DNA from: a virus
Lineage: Duplodnaviria > Caudoviricetes
Strand: one strand, 5' to 3'
Virus record (IMG/VR): IMGVR_UViG_3300037400_002699
Location: 70,274 to 134,273 of that record
DNA length: 64,000 nucleotides
The notes under the pieces are model-generated. The model saw only the letters and a program-made list of their open reading frames with translations, searched no databases and was not told the DNA's origin. A program made the translations under genes and the position numbers. Positions 17,958 through 28,600 of this stretch are shown one piece after another. The stretch's first letter is position 1. Each line of letters starts with the position of its first letter.

Positions 17958-20561
17958 ATGAAGTATTTTAGAATATTTAAAGACACTGAGGAATATATAG
18001 AGTATATGGCAAGTCCATACGCTATATTGCCAAATGTGGCGTATTGTAAGGATGGATATAGTTACATAGCAGGAGAAGTAACTCCTCCAACACCTGTGGA
18101 TGTAACTGGTGTAACAATTAATACAGTATCAACCACAATATATGTTGGCTCAACATATCAATTGGTTGCAACAGTATTGCCAATTAATGCAACTGATAAG
18201 GCTGTTACTTGGTCATCAAGTGATAGTACTATCGCTACAGTATCAAATAACGGTTTGGTAACAGCACTTACAACTGGTGCAACAACTATTACAGTAACAA
18301 CACATGATGGAAGCTATACAGCATCTTGCGCAGTAGCTGTAGAAGAGGCTACCGTTACAACATTGACAATTGTTGGAGCACCTTCTATTAGTGCAGAAAC
18401 TTGTAATTATGAGGCAATTGGAGACAATTCAGAAGATGTCACATCATCTGCAACTTGGAGTATTACTTCTGGTTCACAATATGCAACCATTAATCCTAAC
18501 AATGGTATCGTTACCATTTTGAATGGTGCAAATAAATCAAATGTAACAATACAAGCAGAATATGCTGGCTTAACGGCAACTACAAATGTGACGCTGACTT
18601 ATGTTAGTGGGGCTACATCTGAAACTGAAACAGAATCTACAACAGATATTGGTGGCAACACAACTACAGTCACAACAACTGTTACTACAAAACAAGATGG
18701 CTCAAAAGTAGAGGTAACAGAAACTGTTATTACTGATGCCAATGGCGACTTAATTGGTACTAGTAAGAGCAATAAAACTATTAATACTGATGGTTCTTAT
18801 AATGGTACTACAACCAATTATGATGCTGAAGGTAATCCAATGGACGGTAGCAATGTGACTGGTGATACTGAGGGTAATGTAAGCACTCAGACCATTGAAT
18901 ATGATGGTAGCGGTAATGCTACCGTAACTGGATACGATATTGATACAAGTGGTAGTGAAAGTGGTAAGACATTCAATAGTGGTGGTACAAATACAGAATA
19001 TTATGCATTTGACTTAACTCACGGATTTATACTTGACTTTGATTTCACAATTGACTTCAGTAATCAGCCATCTGGCCAAAGTGAAAATCACCATAATATA
19101 TTAACTGCTAAGAGAGCAAATCCAGAACCTTGGTATGGATTCCAAATAAGACAAACTAGTTCAAATAAGTATATACAACTTGGAACACAGTTTACGACTG
19201 GTAGTAATATCAATACAAATATAAATCCATCATCTATTACTGGTAATGTTGGAAGTTATAGTTTGAGAATAGTATATGACCCAAATTTAAGTGGAAATAA
19301 GTTTGTATGCACTAATATGGTAACTGGTAATGAAATTTATAGTAGTACTGGAACATTCCCAGATTTACCAGAGCTTAAATATCTTAGAATAACCATTGGT
19401 AATGCAACTGACGGTGACGGAAATCCTTTCAGATATTCAAACATTACCGTGTCTAAATTTGAATTGAAGAAACTTAAGTATGTTGCTAATCCAACAATGG
19501 CTTATGAGAATGGTACTGTTGTAATAAGTTGTAGTACAGTTGGTGCTAGCATATATTACAGATTGAATTTATCTGGTTCTTACAGTGCATATACAACGCC
19601 AATTACAATAACAGCAGATACTGTTGTCCAAGCATATGCTACATATAGTGGCGACACAAGTGATATAATTAGAGAAGACTTTAAGATAGTTGATGTAACT
19701 GGTGTTACTCTCAGTGACAACTCAATATCAATTATAGAGGGTAGAACATATACCTTATCTGCAACAGTTTTACCAAATAATGCGTTGAATAAAAATGTTA
19801 CTTGGTCATCAAGTGACAGCAATGTTGCCTCAGTAGACTCAAATGGTGTTGTGAGTGGTGTTTCATCTGGTAGTGCTACTATAACAGTAACAACTCACGA
19901 TGGTGGCTATACAGCACAATGTGCAGTTAGTGTATCAGCTTCACCATACACAGAACTTGAATATATTGAAAGTACAAGTGATGGCGGACAATATATTGAT
20001 TTGGATATAAAACTCTATGAAACGCTGAATACATGGTATGATGTTGCGACTAAGTTTATTGTAAAGGGACCTGGTTATGACAACCTCCAACCAACATTAT
20101 TTGGCTGTCAAACCACATCTAAACCTTGGCCTGGCACGTTCATCAGAATGAATTCTATTGATGCGAAAAATGTCATTGGAAGATATATAGGAGGTTCTAA
20201 TAAAGATAACACTTTAGGAAATATAAATGCTATACTAGAATTACCAGTTAGAACAGCACCAGATAAAAACGTGTATAACTTGAACAATAGTAATCAAACA
20301 CACCGTTGGGGTACGTCTTTATTCTGTACTTTTGAAAGCGAGGATAAAACATCAGTAAGTAGGTTTATTAATGCAAGGCTATATTATTTCAAGTTATTCT
20401 TAAAGGCAAGTGCTAGTAGTGAAGGAACATTGGTTAGAGACATGGTTCCTTGCAAGAGAAACTCAGATAATAAGGTAGGTTTACTTGATAAGGTTAATAA
20501 TGTATTCTATGTTTCTCCAAATGGTGCTGAATTTGTTGGAGGACCAGAAGCTAGTGTATAA
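17958..20561 (+). CDS. Multidomain adhesin: shared N-module, two Big_2 Ig-like domains, chitobiase/Fn3-associated-like domain, C-terminal ConA/LamG-like domain
   Basis: VTGVT...LxATVLPxNAxxKxVTWSSSD twice; IYYRLN...YTTPITI; LEYIEST...QYIDL...LVRDMVP. Confidence 0.85.
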   Translation: MKYFRIFKDTEEYIEYMASPYAILPNVAYCKDGYSYIAGEVTPPTPVDVTGVTINTVSTTIYVGSTYQLVATVLPINATDKAVTWSSSDSTIATVSNNGLVTALTTGATTITVTTHDGSYTASCAVAVEEATVTTLTIVGAPSISAETCNYEAIGDNSEDVTSSATWSITSGSQYATINPNNGIVTILNGANKSNVTIQAEYAGLTATTNVTLTYVSGATSETETESTTDIGGNTTTVTTTVTTKQDGSKVEVTETVITDANGDLIGTSKSNKTINTDGSYNGTTTNYDAEGNPMDGSNVTGDTEGNVSTQTIEYDGSGNATVTGYDIDTSGSESGKTFNSGGTNTEYYAFDLTHGFILDFDFTIDFSNQPSGQSENHHNILTAKRANPEPWYGFQIRQTSSNKYIQLGTQFTTGSNINTNINPSSITGNVGSYSLRIVYDPNLSGNKFVCTNMVTGNEIYSSTGTFPDLPELKYLRITIGNATDGDGNPFRYSNITVSKFELKKLKYVANPTMAYENGTVVISCSTVGASIYYRLNLSGSYSAYTTPITITADTVVQAYATYSGDTSDIIREDFKIVDVTGVTLSDNSISIIEGRTYTLSATVLPNNALNKNVTWSSSDSNVASVDSNGVVSGVSSGSATITVTTHDGGYTAQCAVSVSASPYTELEYIESTSDGGQYIDLDIKLYETLNTWYDVATKFIVKGPGYDNLQPTLFGCQTTSKPWPGTFIRMNSIDAKNVIGRYIGGSNKDNTLGNINAILELPVRTAPDKNVYNLNNSNQTHRWGTSLFCTFESEDKTSVSRFINARLYYFKLFLKASASSEGTLVRDMVPCKRNSDNKVGLLDKVNNVFYVSPNGAEFVGGPEASV

Positions 20562-20582
20562 CGTCATTTAATAATATAAAAT

Positions 20583-23500
20583 ATGAAATATACAAAATTA
20601 TTTAACAATCACAATGAATACGTGGCGTATACTGGTAGTACTGCATTTATACGCCCAAACGTATCATATTGCATATTAGAGGATGAACCTCACTGTACAC
20701 CTCAGCATTTCTGCCAGGAAGTTCATATATATGAGCTTATGGGAGAACCATCATACCCTTCAAGCGTTCCAGCAAGCGCAACATCATTTGATTTGTCGTT
20801 CAGTTATACTGATACATACACATCAACAACGTGCGACCAAGGAAGCTTTATGGATGGAGACACAGTGACAATACCAATTGAGGAAAACCCATCAATGTCA
20901 GCAAGGACAATAAGCGGAACTTATGTTTTCCACGATATAAACATACCTTATAGTTTTACACAAGAAGGTAGGGAAGAATTGCCATATAATCAGCAGTATC
21001 TTACATTTGAGATATTGACTGGTGGAACTATACTATGGAAGGCAGCAACTACTGCTGTGACTAGAACAATATCATACAGCGTGAACTATGGGGAATGGAC
21101 TGAAATAACCTCTTCAACTGATGGAGTTGCAATTAATGTAAGTGCTGGTGACAAAGTTAGATTTAAAGGAACTAACCAAGCATATGGAACAGCAAAAGAT
21201 ACTGTTTCCACATTTAGCGGAAGTACCGCATCATTTGATGCATATGGTAATGCAATGAGCCTTATCGGTGGTGATGATTTCAGTGGTTTAACATCATTTA
21301 CTACAGATTGGGCGTTCCACGATTTGCTCAACACAACCAATGTTGTATCAGCGAAGAATTTGATATTGCCAGTTACAACTCTTAGAAGTTATTGCTATCG
21401 TGCAATGTTCGCACACGCAAAACAGCTCGTAGAAGCGCCAGAGCTTCCTGCAACCACATTGGCTGCTAGTGGATATTGCTATATGTTCCAAGAATGTACA
21501 GCATTGCAGAAAGCACCAGACCTATTGGCTGAGAATATTGTTGGCGGCTGTTACATTGGTATGTTCAATAGCGCAAGCACGTTGAACTACATCAAATGTA
21601 CTGCAACTGGTGGTGTTACAACTGGAAACACCAAAGACTGGACAAAGACCGTATCAAATACTGGTACGTTTATAAGGGCATCTAATGTGAATTGGACAAG
21701 GGATGTAAATGGTGTTCCTGCTAGTTGGGAATTATATAATGATACAAACGTTGAAGCACCAACCATCTCATTTAATGGCTTTGAAACAATAACATTGTCT
21801 TGTGAAACTGAAGGTGCTGATATATTGTATAAACTAAATGATACAGGAGAATACAGTGCGTATACAACACCTATAATAATAAGCGAAGATACATTCATTG
21901 AAGCTTATGCTACATATAGCGGAGAGACAAGTAGACCAATAAGTCAGACTTGTGTATATGTGAGTGATGTTCCTATTGAATACTCAAACAGAGACCTTAA
22001 GAAATGGCAGTATGGAGGACAAGAGATTACAACCCCATATTCTGTTAACGCAATTGACGGACATTCTTCAAGTTATGCAAAGGGAACATTTACATTTGAA
22101 ACAAGTTTTGCGTTAAAGGAAGCAGAACCAACATATCTATGGTTTCAACACGCTGACCAATCAGCGGAGATATACATTGACAATACATTGGTTGAAAAGC
22201 ACTGGGGAGGATATGCTGCATTCACAAGCGATATATCAGAATATGTTCACGAAGGTATTAATAGCGTAAAAGTTGCAATCAAGAACAATGAAGGTAATAA
22301 CCTTGCGCCAGCAAGTGCTGACTTCAACTTCAATGCGACTCTTGGTAATGTAAGGTTGCTTACAAGTCCATATGTTCCAGCAATGGAATATGGATATGAC
22401 GGTTTCCATATCACTTCAACAGTGTCTGACGCAGAGGCAACTGTCAATATAAGGACAAGTGTTCCAACTGGTGCTACGTTGGTTTGTAAGATTGATGATG
22501 GTAATACCAATATATATTCTGCAACAAGCGCAAGTACTGGTGAGGAAATGACATTCACAAAGGTTATTGCAAACCCTCATCTATGGAATGGTAAATCAGA
22601 CCCATATATGTATACAGTTACACTTGAGATATATGAAGGCAATGACTTGTATCATAGGTTTGTAAGACCTTATGGATTGAGATACTATGAATATGTAATC
22701 AATGATACTGAAAAAGTCGGAACAGTAAGTGAACCATATACTGGTTTCTTGCTCAATGGCTCTCCATATCTTCTTAGAGGTTGTTGTATGCACGATGACA
22801 TAGATGGAAAGGCAAACGCATTGGATGAAACGGATTATGATAATACATTCGCTACCATACAAGAATTGGGGCTTAACTTCTTAAGGCTTGCTCACTATCC
22901 TCATCCGAAGGAGGTATATGACAGATGTGACAGACTTGGTATCGTAGTTCATACTGAAGGCCCTTGTGTTAATAAACTTCAGTCAACAATGCCAGCTGAT
23001 TATTATACACACTTGACTGGTCAGTATACAGATATGGTTAATCAGCATTACAATCACCCTTGTATTTTCTTCTGGGGTCTTAGCAATGAGACGCAAACTG
23101 ATGACAAGAACTTCGGTAAACAGAAGGTAGAGGAATACACAGCACTCATCAAGAGTCTTGACTCTGAGAGGATGGTAGGTTATGTACTTGCACAAGGAAA
23201 CGGTACAAGTCCAAGTGCATATTACAATGACCCATCCAACGTTGACTGGTTCGGATGCAACATATATGTGGGGTGGTACGACAGTCCAAATTCTAATACT
23301 CCTGTGTCTCAGATTAACACACGTCTTAACAATACCATCAATAGGGTTGGCAAACCAATGGCATACTCTGAGTATGGTTGTGGTGGTACTCCAACTTGTC
23401 ACTCAGATGATTACATGACAACTACTACAAGGGGTAACAAACCACGTCACGATATTGAATATATGATGTGGTTGCACGAAGGTCATATTGCAACTATAAA

Positions 23501-23936
23501 GCAATATCCTCAACTATTGTATACATCACAGTGGCAGTTGTTTGATATTGCAGTTGCAAGCAGAAATGAGGGATATACAGAATGTCTTGACGGTGTGAAT
23601 ACATCAACGAATGATGCTCTTAGGAGACTCAATGACAAGGGACTTGTGGAGAGAGACCACGTTACAAAGAAAGACCCATTCTATCTATATAAGGCTTGGT
23701 GGAATACGACACCGTTTGTGCATATATGTCAGAAAAACTATACAAAGATGACTGATAGGGTTATCAAGTGCTACACAAACCAGACAACTGAGTTTGCGTT
23801 AAAAGTAAACGGAACAACGGTTGAAACAAAGGCAGCAACTGATAACATTCTTACGTTTACAGGACATACATTCAGTAGTGGTGATGTAGTAACCGTTGAG
23901 AGTGGTAATATTAGTGATACATTTACATTTGAATAA
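20583..23936 (+). CDS. Glycoside hydrolase family 2 catalytic domain fused to shared N-module, BACON-like domain, short LRR-like repeats and Fn3-associated domain
   Basis: HWGGYAAF, FLLNG..Y.LRG, LRLAHYPH, YDRCDRLGI, NHPCIFFWGLSNE (acid/base), YSEYGCG (nucleophile), KGLV..D...KKDPFYLYKAWW. Confidence 0.9.
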   Translation: MKYTKLFNNHNEYVAYTGSTAFIRPNVSYCILEDEPHCTPQHFCQEVHIYELMGEPSYPSSVPASATSFDLSFSYTDTYTSTTCDQGSFMDGDTVTIPIEENPSMSARTISGTYVFHDINIPYSFTQEGREELPYNQQYLTFEILTGGTILWKAATTAVTRTISYSVNYGEWTEITSSTDGVAINVSAGDKVRFKGTNQAYGTAKDTVSTFSGSTASFDAYGNAMSLIGGDDFSGLTSFTTDWAFHDLLNTTNVVSAKNLILPVTTLRSYCYRAMFAHAKQLVEAPELPATTLAASGYCYMFQECTALQKAPDLLAENIVGGCYIGMFNSASTLNYIKCTATGGVTTGNTKDWTKTVSNTGTFIRASNVNWTRDVNGVPASWELYNDTNVEAPTISFNGFETITLSCETEGADILYKLNDTGEYSAYTTPIIISEDTFIEAYATYSGETSRPISQTCVYVSDVPIEYSNRDLKKWQYGGQEITTPYSVNAIDGHSSSYAKGTFTFETSFALKEAEPTYLWFQHADQSAEIYIDNTLVEKHWGGYAAFTSDISEYVHEGINSVKVAIKNNEGNNLAPASADFNFNATLGNVRLLTSPYVPAMEYGYDGFHITSTVSDAEATVNIRTSVPTGATLVCKIDDGNTNIYSATSASTGEEMTFTKVIANPHLWNGKSDPYMYTVTLEIYEGNDLYHRFVRPYGLRYYEYVINDTEKVGTVSEPYTGFLLNGSPYLLRGCCMHDDIDGKANALDETDYDNTFATIQELGLNFLRLAHYPHPKEVYDRCDRLGIVVHTEGPCVNKLQSTMPADYYTHLTGQYTDMVNQHYNHPCIFFWGLSNETQTDDKNFGKQKVEEYTALIKSLDSERMVGYVLAQGNGTSPSAYYNDPSNVDWFGCNIYVGWYDSPNSNTPVSQINTRLNNTINRVGKPMAYSEYGCGGTPTCHSDDYMTTTTRGNKPRHDIEYMMWLHEGHIATIKQYPQLLYTSQWQLFDIAVASRNEGYTECLDGVNTSTNDALRRLNDKGLVERDHVTKKDPFYLYKAWWNTTPFVHICQKNYTKMTDRVIKCYTNQTTEFALKVNGTTVETKAATDNILTFTGHTFSSGDVVTVESGNISDTFTFE

Positions 23937-24034
23937 TATTAATGAGGAATTGTTTGAGTACAGTTCCTCATTTTTTATTTTTCATCAAATATTTATATAG
24001 AAATGAATAATAAGTTTTAAACAATATAACTAAT

Positions 24035-25432
24035 ATGGCAATTTATTTAAAGAAATTCAGTACTCATCAAGAGTATGAGGCGTTCACAGCTACAACAGCA
24101 TTCATAAAACCTAACGTATCAATATGTACAACAGAAGGTGATGTGCATTACAACCCACTTAAATGCGAAGAGTCATCAACGTATGAACTCGTTGGCACTC
24201 CTTCATATCCATCAGAGGTGGATGGAGCAAACACATCATTCGATATGACATTCAATTATAAAAGGACTGACATAAATGAGAAATGTAAAGAGACGATTAC
24301 AGAAGGCAGTGACACTGTAACTGTAGAGATTGGCACAAATCCAAGCACAGCAAGTTCAAGGACAGTTGAAGGCACTTATGACTATCATGGATTGGAGATT
24401 GCATACAGCGTTACGCAGACCAAGTTTGAAGCTAAGATAACTGCAAAAGTTAATGTAACTGATACAAGCAGTCCAACGAGGATTGCAAGTGGTACAAGTA
24501 ATATCTCTGCTATTGAGATAGATGGTGTCAAGCAAGGCAGTGTAACGACTGGCTATACGTTTGATGCTGTTGGTGAACATACAGTTAAGTATACATTGAA
24601 AGACCAAACAAGTATTGGCCGATATGATTTTGCTGGTTGTAGTAGTCTTACAAGTATAGATATACCAAATAGTGTAACAAGTATTGATAGTAGTACTTTC
24701 GAACGTTGCAGTGGTCTTACAAGTTGTACCATAGGTAGTGGTGTTACAAGTATTGGTCAGAGTGCTTTCTCTTATTGTACTAGTCTTACAAGTATAGATA
24801 TACCAAGTGGTGTTACAAGTATTGGTCAGAGTGCTTTCAATGGTTGTAGTAGACTTACAAGTTGTACAATAGGTAATGGTGTTACAAGTATAGGTAATTA
24901 TGCTTTCGTTTCTTGTAGAAGTCTTACAAGTATAGATATACCAAGTGGTGTTACAAGTATTGGTCAGAGTGCTTTCCAAGATTGTAGTAGTCTTACAAGT
25001 ATAGATATACCAAGTGGTGTTACAAGTATTGGTCGGAGTGCTTTCGATTTTTGTAGTAGTCTTACAAGTATAAACATACCAAATGGTGTTACAAGTATTG
25101 GTCAGAGTGCTTTCTTGAATTGTAATAGTCTTACAAGTATAGATATACCAAGTGGTGTTACAAGTATTGGTAATAGTGCTTTCTCTTATTGTAGTAGTCT
25201 TACAAGCATAGAAATCCCAAGTGGTGTTACAAGTATTGGTGATGAAACTTTCAGATATTGTACTAGACTTACAAGTGTAACAATTAATGCAACCACACCT
25301 CCAACATTGGTAGCCAGCGCTTTTTATAACACTAACAATTGTCCGATATATGTTCCATCAGCGAGTGTTGAAACATATAAGTCTACAAGTGGTTGGAGTT
25401 CGTATGCAAGTAGAATACAAGCAATACCTTAA
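24035..25432 (+). CDS. BspA-type LRR protein with shared N-module and BACON-like domain
   Basis: ~10 LRR_5 units; C-cap TTPPTL...IYVPSASVETYK..GWS. Confidence 0.9.
   Translation: MAIYLKKFSTHQEYEAFTATTAFIKPNVSICTTEGDVHYNPLKCEESSTYELVGTPSYPSEVDGANTSFDMTFNYKRTDINEKCKETITEGSDTVTVEIGTNPSTASSRTVEGTYDYHGLEIAYSVTQTKFEAKITAKVNVTDTSSPTRIASGTSNISAIEIDGVKQGSVTTGYTFDAVGEHTVKYTLKDQTSIGRYDFAGCSSLTSIDIPNSVTSIDSSTFERCSGLTSCTIGSGVTSIGQSAFSYCTSLTSIDIPSGVTSIGQSAFNGCSRLTSCTIGNGVTSIGNYAFVSCRSLTSIDIPSGVTSIGQSAFQDCSSLTSIDIPSGVTSIGRSAFDFCSSLTSINIPNGVTSIGQSAFLNCNSLTSIDIPSGVTSIGNSAFSYCSSLTSIEIPSGVTSIGDETFRYCTRLTSVTINATTPPTLVASAFYNTNNCPIYVPSASVETYKSTSGWSSYASRIQAIP
24608..25280 (+). repeat. 69-bp LRR tandem repeats (~10 units)
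   Basis: Same nucleotide framework as 16777-17540. Confidence 0.9.
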
Positions 25433-25601
25433 ACGGTATATATTAAGGAGTAATCAGAAATGGTTACTCTTTTTTATTTGTTTTATGATATTTATATAGA
25501 AAGATATATTTTAATAGATTTTTAAACAAGCTGGTATTCTTACCAATTTTTGAAATCTATATTTCTAATAATAAAAACTATTAAAAAAATAATAAGAAAT
25601 T

Positions 25602-28600
25602 ATGACAAAAAATGCAAATTATGTCTCTCATAAGAAGAGCAAACAAATTGTTGACGGTAAGCCAAAACTACCGTTGGCATCTGCGTTGGTTGAAGGTGAG
25701 ATAGCCGTCAACTTCGGTAAAGATGTTGAAACATTGTCAATCAAGAATGAGAGCGGTGATGTCGTGACATTCTCATCTGACAACTATTACACTGAGAAGA
25801 AACTTGGTAGTGGATTTACTGGTGCAAACAGTGCAGTAACTGTAACAGATGTTATAGAAGAAAACGAGGAAATAATTGCTGCTGCTTTGACAGACCTCGA
25901 TGAAAGGAAACTAGATGCATCAGCATATACGGAACTTTGGGAAGCTGGCACTGGTGAAAATTCAGTTATTCTAAAGAATAGCAATAATGTTGCAAGTGGC
26001 ATTTCATCAGTTGCTGAAGGTAGTGGTACAACAGCAAGCGGTAATTATTCTCACGCAGAAGGTAATAATACAACAGCAAGTGGCTATTATTCTCACGTTG
26101 AAGGATATAACACAATAGCAAGCGGCTCACCTTCTCACGCTGAAGGTATATATACACAAGCAATCGCCAGCGCTTCTCACGCTGAAGGATATGGCACAAT
26201 AGCAAGTGGCTCACCTTCTCATGCTGAAGGATTTAATACAATGGCAATTGCTAACTATTCACACGCTGAGGGGTATCAAACAAGAGCATTTGGATATACA
26301 TCACATACTGAAGGATATTATACAACAGCAAGTGGTAATTCTTCTCACGCTGAAGGGTATTATACAACAGCAAGTGGTGATACTTCTCATGCTGAAGGAC
26401 ATTATACAACAGCAAGTGGTGATTATTCTCATGCTGAAGGACAAAGTACAAAAGCAATTGGAGGTCAATCTCATGCTGAAGGATATTATACAACAGCAAG
26501 TGGCTATTACTCACATACGGAAGGACAAAGAACAATAGCAAGCGGTAATTCTTCTCACGCAGAAGGACAAAGTACTAGTGCAACTAGTTATGCTTCTCAT
26601 GCTGAAGGTAGTAGTACAATAGCAAGTGGTGATTCTTCTCACGCTGAAGGAGCAAGTACAAGTGCGACAAGCCTATATTCTCACGCTGAAGGTTATCTAA
26701 CAAAAGCAAGTGGAAATCATGGCTCTCACGCAGAAGGACAAAGTACTAGTGCAACAAGTATATCTTCTCACGCTGAAGGTTATGGCACAATAGCAAGTGG
26801 TAACTATTCTCACGCTGAAGGACAAAACACAACAGCAAGTGGCAGCCGTTCTCACGCAGAAGGTAATAATACAGTAGCAAGTGATAATTCTTCTCACGCT
26901 GAAGGACAAAACACAACAGCAAGTGGTAATTCTTCTCACGCTGAAGGGTATTATGCAACAGCAAGTGGTAACTATTCTCACGCTGAAGGACAAAACACAA
27001 CAGCAAGTGGTGGCCGTTCTCACGCAGAAGGGCAAAGTACTAGTGCAACAAGTTATGCTTCTCATGCTGAAGGTAGTAGTACAATAGCAAGTGGTAATTA
27101 TTCTCACGCAGAAGGTAATAATACAACAGCAGGTGGTAATTATTCTCACGCCGAAGGATATAGTACGACGGCAAATAACGATTCAGAACATGCAAGTGGT
27201 CAGTATAATGTAAGTTATAGTGCCACAACCACATTTGGTGACAGCGGTAATACATTATTCTCAGTTGGTAATGGAAACTATAGCGCACCTCATAATGCGT
27301 TTGAAATAAGGCAGAATGGCGATATTTACATAACAAGTGGTGGTACAGTAACAAGTTCACCGATTAAGTTACAGGATTATATTGGTGGAGGAGGAAGTAT
27401 TACTGTTGACCAGGTATTGGATGACACCACATCAGCTTCAACAAACCCAGTATCAAGCAAGGCTGTATATAAGGCTGTAACTGACAATGAGCTTGTATGG
27501 ACAAATGCATATGTCACATTGAGTGGTACTGTAAGCGCACATACTGCGAATACTGAAATACACGTCACTGCTGCTGATAAGGAGAAATTACACACAATAA
27601 CTGGTTCTGTTGGTACAATGGCATATGAGAATGCTAACTCATATTCTAGTGCGACTGAGGTTAATACAGCATTGGGAAATAAGGCAAATACAGCAACAAC
27701 ACTTGCGGGGTATGGCATAACTGATGCATATACCAAGTCTGAGACAAGTGGAGCTACTGAGATTAGTAATGCATTAAGTGGAAAGGTTGACAGTGCAACA
27801 TATAATACGCATACTGGTGATACAACAATACACTTCACCACTGGAGCAGTACAGACACAGATTGATAATTCAATTAGTGGAAAAGTTAATACAAGTGACA
27901 TTATCAGTGCAATTACATCTTCAAACAGTGGCTCAACAGCACCAATTGCAACAAAGGTTGTCGCTGAGAATGAATTGACTGTATCAAATGCGTTGAATGA
28001 TTTGAATACAACAATCACAGCACATACAGCAGATACAAGTATACACGTGACACAAGCATTGCTTGATAGGATTGCTTACCTTGAAAGTAAGGTAATATAC
28101 AATGGCCACGATTATGTTGAGATTGGTGGTCTTAAGTGGGCAACAATGAACATTGGTGCTTCGCAGCCAAGTGATTATGGCTTATACTTTGCTTGGGGTG
28201 ACACACAAGGCTACACTGCTGAACAAGTAGGTAGTGGTGAAGGACAGAAATACTTTGGTTGGGCAGACTATAAGTACGGTAATGGTACAAGCTCACCAGG
28301 TGCTACAGGAATGACCAAGTATAATGCCACCGATGGCTTAACAACACTTGAGGCTGTTGATGATGCTGCTGTTGCTAATTGGGGTGGCAGTTGGCGTATG
28401 CCAACAACTGCTGAATTCCAAGCTCTTGGTGCTGCCGTAAACACTGCATGGACTCAAGTTAACAATGTATATGGTATATTATGCACAGATAAAACAGATA
28501 GTTCCAAGACATTATTCTTCCCTGCTGCTGGCTTCTGTTACAATGGCAGTGTCAGGAACGTAGGCAATGACGGTGACTATTGGTCTAGTTCTCTTATCAC

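Noticed and set aside
16777-25280. DGR adenine mutagenesis as the cause of LRR hypervariability
   Set aside because: Framework adenines, including synonymous third positions (aca, ata, cca), stay constant, and several variable codons differ at position 3. This is not the A-specific pattern.
26006-27190. CRISPR array
   Set aside because: The repeats are in-frame 42-bp coding units with only ~6-nt variable parts; there are no spacers or cas genes.
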